From positions 138,756,001-138,820,000 of the forward strand of contig OX597814.1 in the NCBI GenBank assembly GCA_951406725.2: a stretch of 64,000 nt of DNA. The letters run 5' to 3'. A program made the position numbers and the translations under genes. This stretch comes from Octopus vulgaris. Its lineage: Eukaryota. This document shows positions 54,154 through 64,000 of this stretch, piece by piece. The notes under the pieces are model-generated. The model made no database searches. It saw nothing but the letters and a program-made list of their open reading frames with translations, and was not told where the DNA came from. Each line of letters begins with the position of its first letter. Position 1 is the stretch's first letter.

Positions 54154-54877
54154 TATATATATTCTCTGTGTATATATATATATTTTGGTATGTTGATACA
54201 TTGATATATGAAGATATTAACGGATATGATTTCTCAAAAGAAGTATCACGGAATAGCATCCATCTTGTGTACACATTAGAAGATATGTTCAAATTTAGAA
54301 CATAAATATACACGTATGTGATATTACATAAATACCAAGCAAATATTTATAAATTTCCATTGACATTGCATAATTTGTTATATTTCGTAAGATTTTCTTT
54401 CCAACAAACTCTTTTCCTTTTACTATTTCTGCACACTGCATAAGAAACTACTCAATTGTCCGTAATGTCTTAAGATATAATTTTCTCATTCGCAAATATA
54501 ATATTAAGACCCGTCGACAGCAAGCTTCAGTTTTCGTTAAGCAAGTCCATTAGCAAGAAACTCGAGTTATGATCGATTGATCACGTAATCCTTATTCTGA
54601 ATCTAGATAAATATGGACAGGAATAAAGAAACATAATAGCAGAGTGGTTATCAACGATCGATGGATGTTTTATGAATAGGGAAGATCAAACAAATCACGC
54701 AGCACAGTATATATCTTAAAATCATCTCTCTTGGGGGACGCTAATGGAAGAGTATTTATGCATATGGAAGTATGTACGTATGTATATATGTATATAAGTT
54801 ATATGTATATATTCATACATATATAGACATATATAGAAATATATATAGATATATGATATTTATTATGTATACATACG

Positions 54878-55145
<268 letters not shown>

Positions 55146-55310
55146 TACATATATACTTAGCTACTTCTCTCCGTATCTCTGTCTCTCTCAACACACACAC
55201 ATTCGCATAAATAAATATACATGTGCTTGTGTAATCCACACGCTTGCGTATGTGAGCATCACACACACTTACACGCATACACACATTAACACGCGCTCCC
55301 GCATATATAA

Positions 55311-55415
<105 letters not shown>

Positions 55416-56423
55416 CACACACATGTATATATATATTCACAAAAAATATATACATACAACAAAATGAAATGAAAAAATAAAAAGTATAGTAAAAATGGAA
55501 AATTATTGTTAATATTACAAAATGCTATGGTTATGATATATGCCCGAAATAAGTCGATATCTAACATCACTTTATAATTATTTGTAATGCAAACCCTTAT
55601 GAACAAATGACGCTTAAGGAAACAAGTAGAATATTACTATGTTTATGAATATATTTTAAAAAGTGTCTCTAATCTTCTGTTATGGCTGTGTTGAAAGAAA
55701 AGCTTGTTATTATCTTAAAAGGTTATAATTACAAGGTAGATGAATATACTGGCGACCTGGCTTGTATAATTATAGCTGTTTCAGATTGTAAATGTATGTA
55801 TACAGCATATTAACGACCTGGTTGTGTAATGTTCATAGGGAAAGCTGTTCACCTCTGAAATGGCAAGTCTTCAGCAAAGTAAAGAATGAATATTCATATA
55901 TACAGGCATGGCTGCGTGGTTAAGAAGCACGCTTTGTAACCACGTTGAGTTTAGGTTCAATATCACTGTATTGTTAGGCCGGTCGAACAATACTTTGTAA
56001 GTTAATTTGGTAGACAAAAACTCTGTGTGTGTGTGAGTGCGCGCGCATGTATTTTTGAATGCTTGTCACGTATACTACATGACAACTAATGTTGGCTGTT
56101 TATCTCCTAGGTTCGGTAAAAAAGAGTTCATCAGAATAAGTAGTAGATTTTCAAAAAGCTTAAAACATGCAGCTGATTTGTTTTCGACTATAATCTTCAA
56201 AGCGGTACCCCAGCTTGGACGCAATCAAATGACAGAGTTAAGTAAAAACTACAATAGAGAAGATACACTTGTTTGTTGGGGTTTTTTTACCTCTAGGCCA
56301 GTTTTGATTTAACATAGGTCATTCTAGTAATAACTACGTCATATTCTTTCTTTTCCAGTTCTCTTGAATCTCACAATGTAATGTAGGTAATGTTTTTGTG
56401 TGATAATTTGAGGGAAATTCGAA

Positions 56424-56691
56424 GTATTTCTAGTCATTCGAACAACAACATAGCAGTTCCCTTGTTTGTGCTCCGGGTATATTTATACAAAGAAACATAA
56501 AATAGGTAAACGATTGAAATTGTAAGAGGGAAAATGAACGCATAGACCGATATATGCAAAAACAAATTTTAAATCCTTTACATTATACAAAAACCCAAGC
56601 CTCCATAAACTAGAAATCCCTAAACAGGTATTACCCTTATAGAATTAAAATCTCAATGATAGAAAATCATGCAAAATTAGTGTTGTTTAAT
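56424..56691. repeat. Dispersed direct duplication, copy 2
   Basis: Colinear with 52999-53276. Confidence 0.9.
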
Positions 56692-57573
56692 GTATGTATG
56701 AATGTATGTATGCATATATGTATATACGTATTTGTTTAATATATATATATATAGTGGGAATGTATGTATATATGTATGTATGTACGTGTGAATGCAGCAA
56801 GAAAACTATCATAAACCAAGATAACAATAAAGTTCTTAACCCTACAAGAAGTATAATTTTATTGAAGGACAACTTAGAATACAAGAGATAAAAGATTCAC
56901 AGTCAAAAAGCACATCAAGTGTATACAACAGTCATAGCTGCCTAACGGGTATCATTATCGTTTCGATGCCTCGGCAGTACCATTCAATCTGTGATGTCAG
57001 CACAGTTAAAACATAAGCGTTGTCTACAAACTGATAGACAGTAAACCAGACATTAACATAATATGCGCATTATGTCTATACTTACTAACTGTTACAAATA
57101 TCAAATCTCAGACATAGATCACACCTTCCTACAGCTACGAAACACAAAAATTAAAAATATGTATATAGAAAGCAGTGAAATGTCCACAAAACAGACATTA
57201 CCACCACAAGAACTCTAGAGCTTAAAAACTATAAACATTAAAATGAACTAGTCGACTAAACGAATAGACTAAAAGTTACTGAACAGGCGCAAGCGTGACA
57301 AGAAACTTGCTTCTCAGTGGCATGGTCCCGCATCGATCAAAGAGCCTTGAGAGTGGTTTCGGTAGACGGAAACAGAAAGAAGCTCGTCGTATATATATGT
57401 ATATATATATATCCTCACACACACACTTGATCATCATTGATATGTATTTATACTCACAAATACACACTTCTCTTGCAATGTTCATACATGATCTCTTTTT
57501 CTGACTATATGTGAAGAGATGAGCATATACACACAAACGAACATTGGTGAATATTACATCCATTAATACACGA

Positions 57574-57644
<71 letters not shown>

Positions 57645-58206
57645 TATGTGTGTGTTGACGTTCTCATAAAGTAGCTGTTCGGCATAAACGACCGATAGAT
57701 TAAGCAGCAGGCTTTAGAAGTAAGTACTAGGGTGGATTCGTTTGGCTAAACTTCTTTAAGGCAGTGCCCCAACATGGCCGCAATTTGAAACAAATTAAAG
57801 TTCTAATAGATGGAAACACACGTTGCAAATACATAAAACGGAAAATAATAAAAACCTAAGGAATAATCAACTGAGAACTGTAAAGATGTAAATTAATTGA
57901 AAACAGATATAGATTAATGAAAAAACATGGACCAATAGACGTTGCAGGGAATGATAAATGTCATTTAATATACACTGTATTTAAATCTGAGCGACTAATA
58001 CTTTCATGTTGTGGAAACACAATAATTCCGCAGATTTGTATGTTATGTCTTGTGTCTTCAAGCAGTTCTTCAGGCTCGAATGCACATAGATGGTCTCTAA
58101 TTCTAGCCTGAAGGACTCCCTGAAGACTCCAGGCATGATATATAAATCTGCCGAATTATTGTTTCCACTACATAAAACTATTAGTCGCTCATATCTAAAT
58201 ACTGTG

Positions 58207-58391
<185 letters not shown>

Positions 58392-58403
58392 GTGTAGATA
58401 GAC

Positions 58404-58434
<31 letters not shown>

Positions 58435-58479
58435 CTAACACACACTTTGTATAGCGATATTTCTTGCTTTAGCGCAGTT

Positions 58480-59300
58480 TATTCCGAATTAAAGAAGGAT
58501 GCGATTGTGTATCCATTCTCCAAGAAGGTCAATCACTCTTATTTGCTATCCACAGCCCAATCAGAATCTTGCAAACCTCTTACATTGTGCCGTCTGTTAT
58601 TTCACGAAATCATTCGACACTGTAAATTCGTCAGCCCTATGGCAGTTGTTCAGAAAATTTGGATGTGCAGAAAATTTCCCTCTGCATACTTAAATCATAG
58701 CACAAGTTTCAGACCACTCTAGCTCTGCACAGTTTGATGCTACAGAGAATTCCAAGCAAGGCTTCATGCTAGCTCCAACAATGTTCTCACTGTGCCATGG
58801 ATGCCGGACGACAGATTTAAGTCAACCTAACGTAATATACATAGAGGAAAAATCCGATGTTAATCAATTTAAGGTTCCTTACCTCAAGTCTAAGATCAAC
58901 ATCATGCTTATGTCAGTAGAAGAAATATGCGCTGGTGATCGTACATTAATACCAGACATTACAATGAAAATTTAGTTCTTGAAGTATGCTCTTGATGCTG
59001 TGGTTTCAACGTTAAGATTGAAAATTAACACCCGTAAAACTAAAAGTCTGTATCGACCACGACTTGATTGTGACCAATTGACGCCCTAATCCATCACTAC
59101 CGAAGGGCAGAATCTTATAGAGGCAAGCTACTTTACCTATCTAGGTAGTTCAACTAGAAATGATGGTAGACTCAGGAGACGAACTAGATTGCAAATAAGC
59201 AAGGTTAGATCGGAAGTTTGAAAGAGTGTTTGTAGAACAACACGCAGGTGCCAAATGAAGTGCAAAGTATAGCTAACAACAGAAGTATCTGCGCGGCAAT
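58480..59300 (+). mobile_element. Decayed RTE-clade LINE reverse transcriptase fragment
   Basis: FTKSFDTVNSSALWQLFRKFGC, KQGFMLAPTMFSL, EEICAGDRTL (YADD region decayed), LKINTRKTK, FTYLGS; frameshifts and deletions. Confidence 0.85.
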
Positions 59301-60583
59301 AATTTATTAATTGTGAAAGCATGCTTTCATGATGAGATACCACAGAAAGGTCGTGGCTTTTATAAGAAAAGACAAGAACAGAGACATTCTCTTCTTACAG
59401 AAAGCCAAACTCTAACAAGAAGATATATTGGGGCAATGACATTCAAGCTGAGTTACACACTCACATAGAATGGAGAAACGTACCCGAGAAGATAAATACA
59501 ATTGTGGAGACGTTGAGATAAATCAAAGAAGAGGCCGAGTAAGATATAAGAACATGGATAAACGTAAATGCGGATATTGGACATCCATAGGAGTAGCTAG
59601 ATCACGGCAGGTGAGAAACAAGTGGAGAAGATAGATTCCACGACAGCTGATTCCACGACACACGATATTTCATATGGATAGTTATTGTCGACAATTGACT
59701 GTTTGGCTTTCATGATGATGATGATGATGATGATGACGATGATGATGAAAGACGACAACGACGACGGTGATGTTGACTCTAGTGCTGGGGTGCGTGTGTC
59801 TGTGTGAATACGTAAAATTTCTTTTTTACATCAGTGAATGACGGTGAGAATCGGTGCATCAGAAAGTGCAGTATGGTTATAGTTCTGCCACCACCACCTT
59901 CTGCAGTCAAATCTGTCTCTGACTTACCAGATCGCTAAAATGTTCCTGAAAATCCTGGAATCGATTAATCTGACTAAAACGTATTTAGGCGTTGTCCCAT
60001 CATAAATAAGTGGCAAGCCAAAAAATCCCCAAACTACTGAGTAGAAATTCCTTAGTAATATCGATTATTTACTCAGTCAAACATTCAATACCACAAACAT
60101 ACAGCTCTGACTTTCTTCATTAAGTATAACGATTGAAGGTTTCATCGAGTCCAGCCTGGTATTCCCTAACTTATTCTATAGCCTGTATTGTACATTCTAT
60201 ATGACATATATTGTTAAATGCGTCAATTGATTTCATTGATAACCTTTGTCCATATAATCATTATTTATTTAACTAACCTCTGTCTGTATGTCATAAAATG
60301 TCGAAGCGAGTCGTTATGTATTTACAGAGAGTCGTAACCGATCATTAATGTGTAAAATATTCTTGGATTTGATAAGGTCGTGCTACACAAAGTAGAGAAA
60401 TGCTATTTCATTGCTCTAGGCATTCAATTAGCGATTCGAAATTGAAAAGCAATTAATCAGGATTCAAATTGTTTACTGAGTTTTGAAGGAGTTTTTCCAT
60501 GTACATACAAACAGAAACATACGCACAAACATACCACGTATAATGCCCACATACATACACGTATACACACACATATACATACA

Positions 60584-60643
<60 letters not shown>

Positions 60644-60770
60644 CAAACATACGTACATATAAATTTGTATATAGATACATATACATGCACAGTATAGGTA
60701 TGTGTGTATAGATATATAAACATACACATTCACTCATCCATATACACATACAAACATACACACACATACA

Positions 60771-60804
<34 letters not shown>

Positions 60805-61737
60805 CATACAAACATACATATGCGCGCTTACACACGTATTTAAGGAAATTTATTTTCACACCTATAGACATAGACGCATATATGTGTCGGTGTATGCTGG
60901 AGTTTGCCCGCGCGTCTGACTATGCATGTAAAACTAATTTAACACACATCTATAAATCTGTATGTATGTATGTCTCTATCTCTCTCTATATATATATATG
61001 CATGTATGTATAAATTGTATGTGTTATGTAATAATAATTTAGAATGCATGAAATTCAGTTTCCTTTTGCTTCGAAATAATCGAAGGATTTCTACTCGAAA
61101 CTTCCTGAAATGCTTCTAGTGGTTTATGGAAGTGTGTGGAGGAGGGACATTATTCTTACCTTCTCTTCTACCTTTTCTTCTCCTTCTTCTTCTTCTTCTT
61201 CTTCTTCTTCTTCTTCTTCCCTCTCCTCCTCCTTCCCCACCACCTCTTCGGTGGTTCTGTTTTCCTTGCAGTCTCTCGTAAAAACTGTTCGCTGTCTGTT
61301 CAATTTACGGAAATAGATTTAATCGATTTTTAGTATTCTACCGAACAACAGACACATTTTTGCCGAAGCAATTCGGATTTAATCGATTCCAGAGGCGACA
61401 CGGACCACATAGGGCACTGAAATACCCTTTATTTATTTATCTACTTATTTACTTTCGTCAATTTAGAGGTAAAGTCACTTTGTCTTACACCTTTCAGGTA
61501 GTTTGAGGTGTGTTATTATAAATATTTGCAATATTCCAACCGTCCGAAATTATTTCCAATACATACATTCAACAACAACTAATTAAACGAAGCGGAATAA
61601 AATGCTTGATATAAAACTAAAAGTTATAATATATATATTCTCTGAAAAAGGAGAAGTAGTGTAGCAAAGAATCGAAACTGACTACCACAGGTAATACGAA
61701 GCATAACGTATTTGACGAATATCATTTCTCAGCTTCA

Positions 61738-62150
61738 AAGCGGCGAGCTGGCAGAATCTTTAACACGCCGAGCTAAATGCTTAGCAGTATTTCTTCCGAC
61801 TTCACGTTTTGAGTTCAAATTCCGCTTAGGTTGACTTTGCCTTTCATCCTTTCGGAGTCGATAAAATAAGTACCAGTGGAGTATTGGGAGTCGATTTAAT
61901 CGACTAGCCCCTCCCCCATAATTTCAACCTTTGTGCCTAAAATAAAAACGATTACTTTTTAGCTTCAAAGCAGCGAGCTGGTAGAATCGTTACCACACCG
62001 GACAAAACGCTTGTCAGCATTTCTTTCGGCCTTACGTTCTGAGGTCGACTTTGTCTTTCATCCTTTTGGGGTCAATAAATTAAGCACCAGTGGAGAATCG
62101 ACTTAACCGCTCCCCTATAATTTCAGGCTTTGTACCTATTTAGAAAAAAT
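61738..62150 (+). mobile_element. Two tandem Meta-like SINE monomers
   Basis: Both begin AGCTTCAAAGC(G/A)GCGAGCTGG; cores present. Confidence 0.8.
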
Positions 62151-62854
62151 ATTCTTTAGCTTCTAGTGCTACATCAAACTAAACTCCTTTTATCTTGTAT
62201 GGTAGAAACGGAGTCCACCACTCGAAATTACAAGATATATAATACATGACGCTTTCTGGGACAGTCTATCAAATCTAACTGGGTCTACGGAGAACATTTA
62301 CTTTATCATTAAAACCACATGAAACGTTCGCCACAGGAATCCAGAGTGGTGGAAGCACAATGCTTTTTGCGTTTATCTTCAATTCAATCTCGTGTTATTA
62401 AAAAAATGGTTGTGTTTTTATTAATTCGATTAATGGTGCAGGCATGTCTGTGATGTTAAGAACCTCGCTTCGTAGCAACTTGATTTCAAGGTCAGCCCCA
62501 CTGTGTAACACCTAGGGAAAATGTCTTCTATCGTAGCCCCAAGCCCCGGCCGATGCCTTGTGAGAGAATTTGGAAAAGGAAAACTATGTGGAAGCCCATC
62601 ACACACACATACTCACATATGTGTGTGCGTGTGTGTGTTCGTCTCTGTGCTCGTCACTTGCTGCCACGGGTACTTAATTTATCGACTCCGAAAGGATGAA
62701 AGACAAAGTATTTAGGAAGATTTGAACCTAAAAGATGAAAATATGTTACAATGTGCTACTATCAAGCTGTATATTAACGCCAATAAATTTGCATTAAAAG
62801 GGTCATGTAAAAAAGGAAATGTTTCTCACATTGACATTAGGCCATGCATGTTCT

Positions 62855-63280
62855 TTTCTACTCTAGGCACAAGTCCAGAAAATTTGATGGAGGGGGCCAG
62901 TCGATTAGATCGACCCCAGTATGCAACTGGTACTTAATTTATCGACCCCCAAATGATGAAAAGCAAAAATCGACCTCGGTGGAATTTGGTCTCAGAACGT
63001 AAAGACAAACGAAATACTGCTAAGGATTTCGCCCGGCGTGCTAACATTTCTTATTTCTTTATTGCCCACAAGGGGCTAAACATAGAAGGGACAAACAAGG
63101 ACAGACAGATATATTAAATCGATTACATCGACGCCAGTGCGTAACTGGTACCTAATTTATCGTCCCCGAAAGGATGAAAGGCAAAGGCGACCTCGGTGGA
63201 ATTTGGTCTCAGAACATAAAGACAAACGAAATTCCGCTAGACATTTCGCCCGGCGTGCTAACGTTTCTGCCAGCTCACCG
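62855..63280 (-). mobile_element. Dimeric Meta-like SINE (alternative junction)
   Basis: Two reversed cores near 62930 and 63150; the second module retains more of the tRNA-like head. Confidence 0.8.
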
Positions 63281-64000
63281 CACATCGCCTATTACTACTA
63301 CTTATTTATTTTATTTATTCTTAAAGAAAGGAAATACAAAGCAGACTGAAATGGGCCGTGAACTTGGAACAAAATGGGCTATGATAAATAGCTGCTTAAT
63401 GCTAAGTGGGATTCATGCAAGGCCAGATATCAAATGGGGAGAGAAAGAGTCGATTTTATATACTTGAGTATCTAACTAATAGTTTATTTTCTTGAAAGGC
63501 AAATTTGACCGCAGCAGGATCTGAACTCAGTACGTAAATAACCGGAGCAATACCGGAGCGACGTTCTACCGATTGTGCTATAAAGTAAACATAGTTAGCA
63601 GGACCAGTTTCAATCACTAATGGCTCAGTACGTTTACATCTCGTCACTCAGCTAACCAGTCCGATGCTATAATAACTTCAAGTGAATACATTGGTTCTTT
63701 TACTTGAGAATCGTGTCGGGCAAATTCCAACAGTATTCGCTCCAAACTAAATGATACGGCTATATAAGCAGATTGCTCCAAGTTCAATATGTAGTAGAAA
63801 CGTAAATACAGGCTTAAAACATTTATACTAAAGGATTAAATGACAGTACAATGTTTGTAAATAATGTAGGATATTGTGAAATGTCTGTTTCACATCCGTA
63901 TATATATATATATATGGATGTAGTACCTGAGAGTTCTACCCATACGACCCTCTTAAATGGGCGAAGACGGATGGTTGAATAGACCGTTATTTCTTGATAC

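Noticed and set aside
55750-55880. Possible tandem decayed hammerheads (CTGAAGA..GAACAGCT; GAAACAGCTATA) on minus
   Set aside because: Cores incomplete and stems unpaired; indistinguishable from chance.

Overview
AT-rich, microsatellite-dense eukaryotic DNA. The repeat families resemble those of an octopus (coleoid cephalopod) genome, which is an inference. I can support no intact host protein-coding gene, rRNA, tRNA or CRISPR array; most listed ORFs are microsatellite artefacts. The window is a mosaic of tRNA-derived SINEs (Meta-domain-like and CORE-like), decayed Tc1/mariner elements, a MITE, a Helentron-associated (DINE-1/HINE-like) element, and fragments of RTE, R4/Dong-like and Penelope-like retroelements. 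The standout is a structurally intact type I hammerhead ribozyme (52466-52567, minus strand). It lies inside a hairpin-rich, non-coding 577-bp unit with a 20-bp terminal redundancy, making it a candidate retrozyme (circular-RNA retroelement); degenerate hammerhead-like motifs occur elsewhere. Other oddities are a 48-bp hairpin whose transition mismatches are all G-U on one strand, SINEs with a 184-bp module in 1-3 copies, a nest of insertions in (TTA)n, and a TA-centred palindrome. All alignments and translations were done by eye, so element boundaries are approximate unless stated.
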